Below the pieces are notes generated by a model. It saw only the letters and a list, made by a program, of their open reading frames with translations, searched no databases and had not been told where the DNA came from. Source: Cenococcum geophilum (lineage: Eukaryota). Taken from it: a stretch of DNA of 64,000 nucleotides. Position numbers and translations under genes: made by a program. Positions within the stretch are counted from its first letter, which is position 1; every line of letters starts with the position of its first letter. Positions 36,660 through 49,649 of the stretch are shown here, in pieces. The stretch covers positions 9,920,001-9,984,000 of the forward strand of contig CP158636.1 of NCBI GenBank assembly GCA_050273025.1, read 5' to 3'.

Positions 36660-38471
36660 GTTGATGGTATCAGGCCTGAAGATATATCGATTTCACAATA
36701 TCCAAAACCGCTTAGATTAGCATCTCAGGATGAGTTCGCAGCGTTGTATTCTCCTTCCGTCTGGCCAAAGTCTGGGGAGTTACCCTCAAAGCACTGAATA
36801 AGGCACCTACCATTTTTGCCTCACTCAGATAAACATTCAAAACGCACTTGCGTATCTAAAACTTTAAAATCCACATATCCTAGCCATAACCCCAAGTGGA
36901 CTACCCAGAATATACTCTGCCTGGAGGAACTAAATACATTTACTCTGGCGCCGACTTCTGGACTTCCGAATTCTTTCCAGATTATCTCTGCTCTCCGCGA
37001 ACGGCAGCTTAAGTTCCCGTCATTTTTCCCATCCGCGCTACCGCATCCTCTGAAACTCCAACACGCTTGCAAGTGGTGGACTCATAATCTGCATGTCCAA
37101 GCTGCTCGTACCTACACGCACGATCTGGGCTTCATGACCTAGCCATGGGAACAGCTGGGGTGGGAGATTGATGGTTATCGGCACTATTTTTCGATAGTGT
37201 AGTGACTGCGGTGAGGGCATTAACAAGTAGATTTGGTGCGAGTGTGGGCGCAATTCGCAGCTGGGATACTTGCAGGACGAGGAAGTACCTTCCAAGGCGC
37301 CTGCAAGGACTGCCTAGTTATTATGGACAATATGATGAATACGGACTTTATTTTAATTCCTCCGATCCCTGTTTCAGGCATAAGCGTTAATATGACACAG
37401 ATCTCAACCTTCTCTATACCGTCTCGCGTCTGACCTCCGATCCTTGCCTCGCTGAAATAGCTACCACACACGCCATGACAACCCTCTCAGCGCATATTCA
37501 GCCAGACTTCTCAACCACGCATCTTGTAAACTTCTATCAGCCATCCAATCTCCCTCCTCAATGCAGTGACGCCGCGCCGCTTTCACAAACACTCACAGCG
37601 TCTCCGCCATCCGACGGTCTCCTGCAAACCCCCGCCATGGAGCCTGTCTCGGAATCTGTTCAAGAAGCCGTCTCAGAAACTATCCCAGAAACCACCCCAG
37701 CGGTCGAAGAACCCGCCCCACCAGTCCCAACGGTCCCAGAGCCTACTCCCACCTCACCCCAACCCACCTCCACCTCAAACCCTCCAGATCCCTCTGCAGT
37801 TCTTCCAACCTCAGCCCCATCTCCATCCCCATCCACCCAGTCTTCCACTCGACCATCCCCACCGCCGTAACCTCGTGCATAAAAGCGCACCTAACAAACC
37901 AAGGCTACTCTCCAACCCCGACCTGGGCGCGCGGCCAAGCATGGGCCCTAACTGGCTTCGCGCAAACCTACCAGCACACGCAGAACGCGCTCTTCCTGCG
38001 CACCGCGCGCCTATGCCGACTACTTCATCTCACGACTCCCAGACGACGGCGTCTGCTACTGGGGCTTCGATGCGCCGCGGACGGAAGCAGTTTCGACCGG
38101 AGAGGCCGGAAATGCAGGGGAGGCCGGGGCGAGGGAGGTCGAGGCCCCGCGCGACGGTCCGCAGCGCCGATCGCGGCGTACGGCTGTTTGCTGCATCAGA
38201 GCCCGGGGCCGCAGTCGCCGTCTCTGGGACACGCGCTGCGGATGATTGGGGGGTGATTGCGATTGCGATGGCGACGCCGGCGCAGATCGTGGTAGATAGC
38301 GAGGGGTTGGAGCCCGTGGTTGGAGGGACGGTGAAGGAGACGATCGTGCGGCGGGCGACGATTAACAATTACGAATTCGCACCGCGGCGGTGGAAGGATC
38401 ATGGGCTTGTGTATGCGAATTATCATTTCTTGCTGCGTGGGAATAAGATTTGTGAAATGGGGTTGGCGTAG
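36660..38471 (+). pseudogene. GH88 unsaturated glucuronyl hydrolase pseudogene
   Basis: Ordered motifs across shifting frames: YPEYT..GGT, DFWTS.FFP, THDLGFM (then stop at 37140), SRF...VGAIRSWD, LVIMDNMMN, HIQPDFSTTHLVNF, TNQGYS...TWARGQAWA, DGVCYWGFDAP, ATINNYEFAPRRWKDHGLVYANY. Start is approximate. Confidence 0.85.
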
Positions 38472-38839
38472 GGGGGCTGTGCTGCTTTCATGTCTGGCGA
38501 GAAGGGTTGGGAGGGTTAAGACGGATTGGAGGAATGCTTTGAGGGAGTTTCGGAACAGATAGTACATTTCTCACTATGAGGCCAGGGGTTTGGCAGATAA
38601 CAGTAACTCAAGGGAAAGACCGACTTTTGCTATATTACGATACGGTAGTTCTCGGCCTCCATTTTCCGCGTTCAACTTCGTTGGTGCCCATATCACTATA
38701 TATTTTATCTACAAAAAACCGTCAGTTGCGACTGTACGAGTGAATGGGGAAGGCGATCTCACCTACATAAGGTATATAACAAAGCTACCGACCGCTCAAC
38801 GCGACATAGCAGGCCCACCCGCACTGCCCGACGCACCCG

Positions 38840-39790
38840 CATAGTTCGGTCTCGCCTCAACATCTGCCGCGCAACCAGTACAAATTTTTAGATCCGCAGA
38901 GCGTGGGCGCATTTGCCCTACCTGTTGAAAAGAATCATCAAAGATACCCGTCAACCCGTCCAAATCCCCACCACTAACCTCATGCAGCCTGGCACCCTCC
39001 TACATTTCCATCCCCGGATTACTCGCCCCATACGCCATGCTATTTGGCATGATCCCCAGCCCGCTACTCCCATCCTCCTGCACCTGGAACTGCTCAAACG
39101 ACATCGGTAAGGGCGAGAACGCGAGTGAAATTGAATCCGACGTGTGGCCCCCTGGTGCTCTGCCACCTGGTGGTGGTTCAGGGTTCCATTGGAATGGGCG
39201 GGCGATGTCGTTGAGGGACGTTACGATGGTTCCGAAGGCGGGATGTAGGGTGAGAATGTGGTAGGTGGAGTGGGCGAAGAGGACACGGCCAGCGATGGAA
39301 AGGCAGAAGGAGTACTGTGGATTCACTGTGCTCCTACTGATTCGTAGATACTACTGCGTGATGGTGCTGATCTTGCAGGCGGCAGTGATGCAGGTCTCGA
39401 CGGAGCTTGCGGACGGGAGTGCAATTGGACAGTTCCGCCAACGCCATTAAGCGGAAGGGTAGGCAATGCATTGACGCAGCTGGATGACAGCAATACTGTG
39501 CGTGATGTGCGCGAGTGTCAAATTTTGATCCATGATTGCCTTGCTCATTGAGGACGGATGCATTTCTCCATTTCGGAGGTAGGAAAAGTCGCCACCTAAT
39601 AAGTATCATCACCATTTCAAGTCATGGAGATTGGTTAAGTTACCTTACTAATCTCAGATCTAATTCCTTAAACCGCATTAACCATAACTGGATTTCTTGG
39701 GCATTGTTGAAATTAACCGCACGCCGAAGGTAGTGACTAGGTTCAGACTCTCGGCTGCTTCAATGCAGAATGCGAAGCCTCCAATTCTAC
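38840..39790 (-). pseudogene. C-terminal remnant of a fungal-specific (Zn2Cys6/Fungal_trans type) transcription factor
   Basis: IGGFAFCIEAAESL, WLMRFKELDLRLV, WRLFLPPKW, MDQNLTLAHITH, CIAYP, ETCITAA, VNPQYSFCL..AGRVL, with stops and frameshifts. The N-terminal half was not recognised. Confidence 0.75.
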
Positions 39791-40546
39791 TTCTTCCTCG
39801 GAGGTATGGCGCTCGCTTGTGGAAATTAGGACCTAGCGATTAGAAGATGACCGTGCAGGAGGCCTCATATTCCAGAGCACGACGATTCGATTGCGTTGAT
39901 CTAATTGGCTAATTCTTATCAATAACGCGCGGACGAATTTCAGCAAGTTAAAGGATACCCTGTCATCTACGCTGTTCTTACTCCAATCACTGCTGGCCGT
40001 ATGCTGCTATGACCGGCAAAGTACCACCAGAGATATACTGCTGCATCGCGGGCTCACTTTTGGCTTCCTGTGGCTAGCTCGATGCATTGTTGTACACTCT
40101 TACTTGCCGCATCCTAATCTCAAGTGAGTTGGGCAGCAAGCCGAAATCGTACAGCCGTACCGCCGATCCCACCAACGCCTTATCTCATAAATCAGACCCC
40201 CGGGGAGAAATAGCGCCACGGCGTGGCGCTAAGGGCTAGCGCTACGCTTGTGGAGTCCTGCAAACTCCTAAGCCAATTAGGTTACCTTACCCTAGTCCTA
40301 TAGAGTCCTGCAAACTCCTAGACCAATTATATTACACTAAAAGGAATTTCTCCCCAAGGGTCTAAGAGCTTATGGGCGCCCTTTATATACGAAATTAATG
40401 TTTCTTATTAGGTAATAACTCTTCTATTATAACGCTATATCTTATACCCTAAATTAACTTTAAAATACTTATAACTAAATCTAATTAAAAGCTATTTACT
40501 TCCTCTATCTAATTAAGAAGTAATAAACGCTACTAGTGGAATATAT

Positions 40547-43323
40547 ATGCCCCTATCTAATAACTTATAAAGTCCTTTATCTAGCGCCCCTCCTAGCTAT
40601 TTTCCTCCTCCTAATAGATACCCTAACGGACACCCTAATGGGTATTTTAACAGCAATATAGACTACCTTAATAATAAGCTTAATAGCGACGCTATTAAGG
40701 CTCTTTAGCCTTCCTCTAACGAACCTTCCTTTCCTACCCGCGGTTAATATAATATAAGTTTTAGGGAACGGCAGTCTACGTAATTTAAGCTATAATAGGT
40801 AGCTAATATACTACGCCGCGTTTAATGGAGTTTTTAAACCTTTATACTTGCTTAGGCTAGGGCAGAAGAGGGTAGAGAGGTTATAATTTAGAACTTCCAA
40901 TATGCCTATCTATAAGAGCGACGGCGTGCACTAATGCGTGCTGTAGATAATCTACGTATAAGGGGCATCTGCCAGCGTCCTTCTCTAGCAGATTCTTTTG
41001 CTATAGAGCTTAATAATCTTATCCGTTAGCCCTACTTTACTTAATTTAATCATACTATAGACCTAGAAACACTAGACTTTAAGCTAGCCTTTTAGACTAT
41101 TAAGGAGGTTGCCCTAATATAGTATACTATTCTTTTAAGACTTATAAGTAATTAGCGCGCCTACTAAGCTAGTTATAACGCTACGCTATAGTCTAATATG
41201 TTATCTAGGCGATTGTTTGCTATCACTAGTATAGTATATTATTCTTAGGCCAAAAAGCAATCTAGCTTCCTTTCTTTAATACTAGATATCTATTTAATAG
41301 GCTCTAGTATAAAGCGGTAAGTAATTAAGACTCTATTAGGGTTTGGGGTGTGTTACAGTTATTATTAGGCTAATTAGTTAATAAGTAAGATTATTAAGGA
41401 GGTAGAGGTATAGTATCTAACTCTAAACTCCTAGGCTAATCAGCTAATATCTTTAGAGACAGCTTAAGCTTTAAACGTTAAATAAGTAGGCAGTAATTAT
41501 CTATAATAACATTAACTTTAAGGATAAAAAGCGTAACTAGGTTATAGGCTATATAGATACTATACGGTCAATAATAACAGCGGCTATTATTCTTTACCCT
41601 AGACTACTACTTTTAGGTCTATATTAATCTATATATAATCTAATAATACCACTTAGGCTTAAAGATATATTGGCTGCCCCTAGTATATCTAGTAAAGATA
41701 GTAGAATTAAATTAAATATTACGCAAAGCCTTATATCAGATGCAATTAAAAAACTTTATACGGCTAGTATTACCTCTATATTTAGAGATAGTAATTACTA
41801 TCTTAAAATGCTAAGTATATATTATCTTAATATAAATCAGACCAAGTTCTAGTAATTTAGGGCCATATTTAAGGATAAGGGTACTATTAAAGGTACTTAC
41901 GGCGTCTATAAAAGTATATTTCTAAACTAGCTTAGTCTATAGGCACTGGAAGACCCTACTAAAGCTAGACCCACCTATAACGACTTCCGTAATTAACTCT
42001 AGCTTATCTATAGAGACTAACTTACGGCAATCTGTATTAGGGTTATTAAAAATAAGTAAACCTAGGCTCGCCGACCATATAACTAATAGGATTGGCTTCT
42101 TAGTATACCTATATAGTTCCATATCTAGATAAACCTACTAAATACTATTATCCGTACGCATTAGGCACCTATTATTTCTAAAGAGGAGGCTTATTATTAC
42201 TTACGAGCTAATACTACTATATAGGGTTGCAGTTAGTGTAGTTAGGAGAACGCTAAATATTACCTAATAGAACTAATTATTGCGTAGGGCTTTACGGCGC
42301 GCGTAGTTGCATTATTCTATGCAGTAATATAACGTAAGGGCTACCTTATTGCCTCTAGTAGAGACTTCTTTAAGTAAATGGACTATGTTACTAACGCTAT
42401 TAGTTCTCTTACACCAGATTAATTTTTAGAACTTATTAAAGACGTCTATTTAGCCGCCTTTATATTAAATATATGGAATAGTAATAGCTCTAATAAGCAA
42501 CTATATAATGATATTAAATTCCGGATAATATATTATATGCTTTAGGAGGTTAAGCTATTTCTAACTATTCGGTATACTGTTAAATATACTAATATAGGCA
42601 TACTAAGGCACTTTGTTAACCCTCTTATTGTCTACTTTTTTAGCGTATCCTAGCTTAACTATAGCCGCGAGATATTATTCTATTAATGGAATCTCTCCTT
42701 AGTAAACACTTTAGAATTATAGTATATAATACTATCCTCTAGGCTTATTAATTAGCTTAGTAGGGCTACTATATATAAAGCAATTAACCTTAGGCTTAAG
42801 TATCTTAACGGTAGCTATAAGATTAAGATAAAGTGTTATAAGAACTTAACCTATAATATAGATATTATATTTAACCGAGTATATCTATCTAATACTTTAG
42901 TTAGGGCGTTATGTAAGAGAGTAGAGGCTATATTTGGCGAGCACATGCCTAGGACTTATACTACTACTACTACACTACCGGATATATTTTTACTCGCTTA
43001 TACTATCTTTACTTTAGATCTAGCTGAACCGCGGAGTGCTAAATAATTAGCTGGTAGGAAGTTTTTTAATTCTTACAATATCTTATAAGAAGGCATTAAG
43101 GTACTAGCGGATAAAGTTAATTAGTTTAACTAGTAGCACGTTTAATAATTAGATACGCTTAGGGGGTTATACCCTTCTAATACCCTAGATAATCTTAATG
43201 GATTTGCTAATATAGAAGATTATGCTGCCCAGGTTGGGGAGGGGTTAAATAGGGTTATTGATCTAATAATTAACCTTATAATAATTAATACAATTAACCT
43301 TATAGGAATTAGAGTAGCTAACT
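40547..43323 (+). pseudogene. Academ-type (DUF6589-like) DDE transposase, RIP-destroyed
   Basis: De-RIP motifs YDNINFKDKKR (~41503), IHGDQLTAIRIR (~42006), IPAWFHIQMNL (~42105), AIDLGLEHLNG (~42780). Ends approximate. Confidence 0.75.
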
Positions 43324-43640
43324 AATTTCTAGACTTCTATAAACTCCTATAAACTCCTATAAACTCCTATAAACTCCTATAAACTCCTAGACCAATTAAA
43401 TACCTATATTTATTAATGCTCTAAACTAGCATACCCGCAATAACTCCCTTAGGTTAAATTTACCTAATTTTTAAACTCCTGCGAACTCCTATAAACTCCT
43501 GGGCTAATTAGATGCCTATGTTTCTGTTTATATAACCTTTTATATAACCTTTTATACGACCTTTTACACGACCTTTTATACGACCTTTTACATAACCTTT
43601 TATATAACCTTTTATATAAACTTTTATACGAACTTTTATA
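43320..43640. repeat. Internal tandem repeats of the transposon: 10-bp AAACTCCTAT (~43340-43390) and 12-bp ATACGACCTTTT-like (~43530-43640)
   Basis: Directly visible. The 10-bp unit also occurs at ~40255-40325 and 45155-45270, and inverted at 48120-48175, 48280-48320 and 48700-48770. Confidence 0.85.
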
Positions 43641-43949
43641 TATAAGGCAACGACAGAACCTAGTAACTATATTCAACTACTATCTACCTATACTACCTAC
43701 TAGGTAACTTTAGGGCTTCCATAATACCTTATAGTTAGGCCTACACTAGATAGTGCCGTTATTTAGGATTACCCCTTAGATTAATATAGCTGGATTAAAG
43801 CTTGCCTGCAAAGAATGCCTTATAGTTTAGCCCGCACTAAATAGTATTATCGTCTAGGTTTTACCCCTTAAATTAACGCAGCCGGATTAAAGCTTACCTA
43901 TAAAGAACATGCTATAAAAGCCGCCACTTTAGCGTACTAGAGTGCCAGA

Positions 43950-44840
43950 AAGCAACGCCAACTTCCCCCCTCTTCCTCCCCCTTACGCCGCAATGCCACT
44001 GCCGCTAGGACCTAGTAGTGGACCACTAAACGGCTTATACGCCGCCAAAGACCTTAGCCTAGGAGGTAGGGGCGAGGGATCCTTAGGGTCCTTACGCTTA
44101 CGCTTTAAGGGGCTGCACCCGCTAGAATAGGCCGCCACTTAGTAGCGAGCACAGGTGTCCCTAGACCTACTTACCTACTATATACCCTTTTTAGAGTATA
44201 CCTAATACTCCTTACCTAAGGCTTAGCAGGTAGTGTATCGCTTACTACCTACTAACTCTACCCCTAACTCCGTCTCCATTATCTAGCCGATATAGCCCCA
44301 GTTTCTCCGCTTATTTAGCCCTATAGCCGCTAACCCTACTACTAACTACAACCACTATTTGCCTTAGGCGGTAGGGGCGTACGTAGTAGTTGCCTTGCCG
44401 TAGGGGGCCTAAGCCTATAGTAGGCGGACGGGGTTAGCGCGCTAGGTAAGGGCAAACCTAGTAGTAATAAGGGCTAGTAGCAAGAGGGCCGGTAATGGGG
44501 GAAGGGCTAGGGTAGGAGTAAGGGCTAGGGCGGGAGTAGGAGTAGGAGCTGGGGTTAGGGCTAGGGCCAGTAATGGTAATAATAGTAGTAGTCTATAAAC
44601 ATATATAAGCTAAGTATATACTATACAGTTATTAATACTTATGGCTCCTCTTCTAGCTCCCTACCGCTAAACCATTTATCTTTATTATTGTTATCGTCGT
44701 CAGCGGCGGCGGTAGCGGGCGGCGGCGGCGGCAGCGCTAGCGGCGGTGCTACTATTGCTACTGCTGCTACTACTGCTGCTACTACTGTTAGGAGGGGAGG
44801 ATGGTGGTAAGGGCGAGGGTAAGGGTGAGGGCGCCTATTA
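43950..44840 (-). pseudogene. Third ORF of the AcademH-like element: Pro-rich N-terminus, Zn2Cys6-like cluster and KRKRK motif
   Basis: Minus strand 44279-44091 de-RIP: METELGVE...RCTTCQALGEECWVYSEKG.QQVSRSGDTCARCRVAAHSGGCSPSKRKRK. Three Cys codons are intact and three read TAC/TAT. Confidence 0.6.
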
Positions 44841-45309
44841 AAACCAGTTAGTTATATCTTATAGTTAATAGTTAGAGTTCTAATACTAATTATATTTTAA
44901 CCTAAATTCTACTAGACCGAAGCTAGCGATAATAAAGGAGGGCCGCAGCCCGTAGTGTTCTCTCCTTATTAAGGAGGATATTAGGGGGGTACGCACGCAC
45001 CTAGAGAGCAGGAGGAGATATTTTAAAAGCTTTAATAGGAGACGGTTAATAGGTATAAGTATAAAAAATAATTTTAAAGTGGTTAAAGATATTATTAAAC
45101 GAAATTAGAATTTTAATTTATATTTACTTTAATATTCTTAATTTTCTAAACTACTATAAACTCCTAGGCCAATTAAAATAATGTACTATCTCCTATAAAC
45201 TCCTATAAACTCCTAGGCTAATAAAAACAATATAATATCTCCTATGAACTCCTATAAACTCCTAGGCTAATTAAATATATTTTATATATTAATACAAAAG
45301 TTCTCTAGA

Positions 45310-48116
45310 CCCTTTAAAGTTACTTACCTTATACGCCCTCTCTTTAAAATAGGTATAAAGGTTAATATTTTATTAGTATTTAAATCTCTCTCTGCTAATG
45401 GCAACCGACGTATTAATAGGGTAGTAGGCTCTGTACTTTTATATCTCTACCTTTATCTTTTTTAACTAGGAGTAGCGCTTATCTATATATCTAATATATT
45501 AACAACTAGCTACTAGATATTTAACTAGCTGCTATTAGGGCTATACCTAGCAACATTTACTCCTAAAGTATAAACTTGTTTAAGCTGTCTTATAGCACGC
45601 TAAATACCTTTTAGTATACCCTTAGGTGGGATAGGTAAGGTTAGTAATAGTAATACTAGCGTACTAATAACTCCGTTAACCCATTCTTTTAGTTATAAGG
45701 TTAATGGCGGTGTACTAACTCTCGCTATATCTAATAATATACGCTTATTTGCTCTGGCCGTCTTAATTATATATAACTATACAGCCCTTAACACCTCTCG
45801 TCTTACAACCTGTGTAGTAAGAGTATCGTCCCTTTTATAAATAGTTGCGGCGTAATTAGATACACTGGTATGAGATTCCTAACTATACTAGCCTTATAGC
45901 TCCTATAGCTACTATTATTGCTTTTTTGCATATCTTATATCCTTTATCTTAGTATATAAATCGTTAACCTCCTTAATAAAGTACTAAAGTTGCTCTACTA
46001 ACAGTTGCTTAGATTTCTCTTTATAAGGCCATATCTAAAGTAGAGGAGCTTTAGTATAGAGATAATTAAAGGTTAGCATGTCCTAAAAGTCCGGTCCCAG
46101 TTTATACGTATACGTAAGCTGCTAGCGGTATATTATATCTATATACGCAGATAGCGGCATAGGGATATGCCTATATATACTACTATATAATACTTCTACC
46201 TATGTAGTTACCTATTTATTAATAAGAATTAGGGCAAGGTAAGCTTATATACTATTTCTTAGCTAAGTAATTAGTTATAGAATACCTAAAGCCTAAGTAA
46301 GAGTTAGAAGCAGCACTAGATTATAATAACTATAATATTAATCTGGCGGTACGCGGGTAACCTAAACTTATAGTAGTAACTTATCCTCGCTAAGGTAAGT
46401 TAGAAAGGCCTTTTAATAGCATATACCGTTAATTATTTCTATCTATATAGCTAATAGCCCGGCGCAACAAGATATCTCTATCTTACTCTAAAATCTAGTT
46501 ATTATAGCTTTATTAATAGGAGCAGAAACCTAGCTTAAAGCTAATATCTAAAAGGAAACACTTTCCGTATTACTTACGTCGCTAGGCATATAGCCGTTAA
46601 CTAGTTAACTACGTGCTATTACTTAATTAGCTAGTAGTTAATTCCGATATAGCCTATAAGTGGTTTTTTAAGGTATGTCTAATTGTAACTATAGCTGTTT
46701 AATTTCTGGTCTATTAACACCTTCCGTATTAAAGGCCTAATATGGTAAAAATATATAACCTTTACTAGTCTAACTGTAGCCCCGTCCACTATAACTAAGA
46801 CGCTGCTAATAATCTATAAGACTCTTTATAATTAAAAACTTCTAAAGCGCTACCTATTTAATATCTAGGATATTAATACCTATGCCAAGAGAGGTTGTTG
46901 CCACTATAATCCTTATAGACGATAAGAATTTCTTAAACTCTTTATATTAAGTAGTACGATTATACTCTTAAATATATATAGTATATACCTAGACCACATT
47001 AGTAACGCAATAAGCTTTATCATCGGTATTAGTAGTATACTATTTATTAGGTGTAAAGGTTAAAGTCTTTATAAGGAGTGCTCTTTAGAAGTATACCGCT
47101 GCTTCCTAAACGGACTAACGACTATTTACAAAGACAATCGTCTTTAGTATTTGCTCCGGGACTATGGTATTTAAATCTATATACGCGTCTAATAGGAAGT
47201 ATAGTGCGTCCTATAAATCCACCTTGCCTTTACTAAGCGGCAGTACGCAGATTAAGACATTGGGGTGATTTATAGAAGTCCTAATAACTTTAGTCTAGTA
47301 TATGCGGTCACCTATAGAGCAAAAACCGGTATTACTAAGAACTAGTTATTTTACCTCCTTATTAAATATAGCAGAATAACTAAACTAAACTATATCCTAA
47401 TAAAGTATCGTCCGTAGCTCGCCTAATATTATAAATATTAGTTGGAATGATTTCCATTGCTTTACTAGATAATACTCATTAATTGTAATAAGTCTAATCC
47501 TAGCCTATAGTTCTGGGCTCTTTAATATATCCCGGAAAGACTTTAATAAGGCCTGCTTAGGACTAAGAAGTATATATATATATACACCATCCTTTACTTT
47601 TTTAATTAGGGCCCTATTTAGGCTCCTACTCTTAGCAGTAATAAGACACGGATTAGAACTATTAAGCTTCTGGATATTATCTAACTATTTATTGCTAAGC
47701 TTGCTTAGTAGGACTATCTAAATAGTAATCTTGCCCGTTAAGATTAAAAAAGTATAAAAAATAAGACTCTTTCCAAAACCTGTGCGTGTAATAAGAAGTA
47801 TATTACTAAAACCAAATATTAAACGTCTTAAGGTGCGTATCTGTTCAAAATAAGGGGTTTAATAGCGGCCTCCTGGGTTTATATGCTGGAGTATTTATTT
47901 AAGATATGCTTTTAGAACAGCTATTTATAATAGAACATTTTCCTTATACTAAGCTTCCTTAATAATAGATAATAATTCTTCTAGGTCTATTAAACTAATT
48001 GCTGTAATATAACCTAGTTATAGTGTTAGGCGTAAATAAACCTCTACCCCACCCGCCTTAGTTTTCCGCCGACCCTGGTACCATTTCTTCCTGTAATTAT
48101 AATTTTATTTAGGCAT
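45310..48116 (-). pseudogene. RecQ-like SF2 helicase of the transposon, RIP-destroyed
   Basis: Walker A RTGFGKSLIF (~47765-47790), IDECH remnant (~47470-47485), VATTSLGMGINIPDI (~46865-46905), QRLG.GGRG (~46780-46806). Ends approximate. Confidence 0.85.
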
Positions 48117-49649
48117 CTAATTGGCCTAGGAGTTTGCAGGAGTTTATAGGAATTCGTAGGAGTTTATAGGAGTTAAAAAGAATATAAATTGGCTGTACTC
48201 TAATTGGTAACAGGTGGATATAGAAGAGTAACACTAGTAATGCGCCCTAGGGTTCTGTATACAAGCGATCTAACCGGCCTAAGAGTTTACAGAAGTTTAT
48301 AGGAGTTTATAGGAGGTTATAGGACCTAGCCGGTAATAAAAATAGACGTAGTATAGTTATAGTGTGGATAGTAGTAGGAGGAACGGTTTATAGGTATTAC
48401 AAAGATTCCTTTTAAAAACGCAGTTAAGGTTTTATATAATATATCTTGTACCTTTAACTGCGTTATAATTAGCCTTTATATATATAGAATTAAAGATTAT
48501 TACCTTAAGATTAAAATGCATTAAACAAAGCATTAATAACTGTTAGTGGGGCCTTAGTAGAGCTAGTTAAAGTTAAAATGCGCGATCTAAAACATTTATT
48601 TCGCACTAAAGCGACGCCTATAAGCTCTTAAACGCTTCGCAGAAGATTTTATTAGGTGACAGGAGTACGCAGGGGGCTAAAATTAGTGCGCTATTCTAAT
48701 TGGTCCAAGAGTTAGCAGGAGTTAGCAGGAGTTAGGGCGCTATTCTAATTGGCTTAGGAGTTTATAGGCGTTTTAGAGGGTTTATGTGTTATCCCGTGTC
48801 ACGGAACAAATCTTTTACGGAGCGTCTGATTTATGAGATAACCAACGCCAGTGGCTGGGAAATGCAGCCCGCACGGTAACTATTACGGGTGGCCGTGACG
48901 TGGGCGAGCGCGACCGCGGCGCACTTCCATTCCCAACGTCTACGCGGGGTTCGAGCATTTCACTTCACAACCCAAGCCTCGTGGGCAGCACAGATTCAAT
49001 AATCAAGCCGTTTGTGGGTTTTGGTGACGTGAAGGCGGAAACAAAGGTTGAGGTAACGATTGAGCAGGCTCAAGAGTCTAACGGGGAGAGCCTTAAAAGG
49101 TGGCGGATCAAAGAATAACTTGATCCTCTGGGTCGCCAGGTCTTTATTTCAACTTTTAAAATCTCAGGGCTTTATGGTGGGAGTGGTGATTACTAGTAGC
49201 GATGGTGTTTCTTTTCACATGGAACGGAATTGCTCACTGGAGTCGGATACGATAATTTTCTTTCTGAAGGCCTACGAAAGGTTAATGTTAGGTTGCGCGT
49301 TAATATGGCCATGTTAGGATATGTGGACGATAGTTTGAGTTCATTTTTCGGGACTCTTTTGATTCTCAGATATCCACTTCAGAGTTATCTGTCAAACCCG
49401 CGTAAGACACATCCCTAGACAGACTTCCAAGTTTTTTGACAATTCAAATTCTCCAAGCTTCATAAACAGTATGAACCTTCTAATCAGATCTTCTATCCTT
49501 GCGCTAAGTTATCCAATTGAGGTGGTACTATCGTGAGCCAAGGACGATCTACTTGCAATAAAATGGCCATGCTTTCACGAATTTGGCAACCTTAGGAGCT
49601 TCAGTCTTCCACCAATGAATATAAAGGCCCTCAGATCTACACGCTTTGC

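Larger units (their letters stand above)
40180..48840. mobile_element. Complete TIR DNA transposon encoding a transposase and a RecQ-type helicase (AcademH-like), RIP-mutated
   Basis: TIRs TATCTCATAAATCAGAC (40181-40197) / GTCTGATTTATGAGATA (48824-48840). TSD ACCAACGCC (40171-40179 / 48841-48849), or 8 bp if the TIR is read as 18 bp. Confidence 0.88.

Noticed and set aside
37566..38471. 301-aa ORF as an intact gene
   Set aside because: Only its last ~60 aa are in the GH88 frame; the other motifs lie in different frames.
43464..43676. ORF with (KRLY/KRSY)n
   Set aside because: Translation of the 12-bp tandem repeat.
40180..48840. Starship, Helitron or telomere-linked helicase interpretation
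   Set aside because: No tyrosine-recombinase captain, no Rep/PIF1 motifs and no telomeric repeats; TIRs plus TSD indicate a DDE element.
48850..49430. Possible gene remnant right of the AcademH-like element
   Set aside because: Coding-like composition, but several stops and no motif I can recognise.
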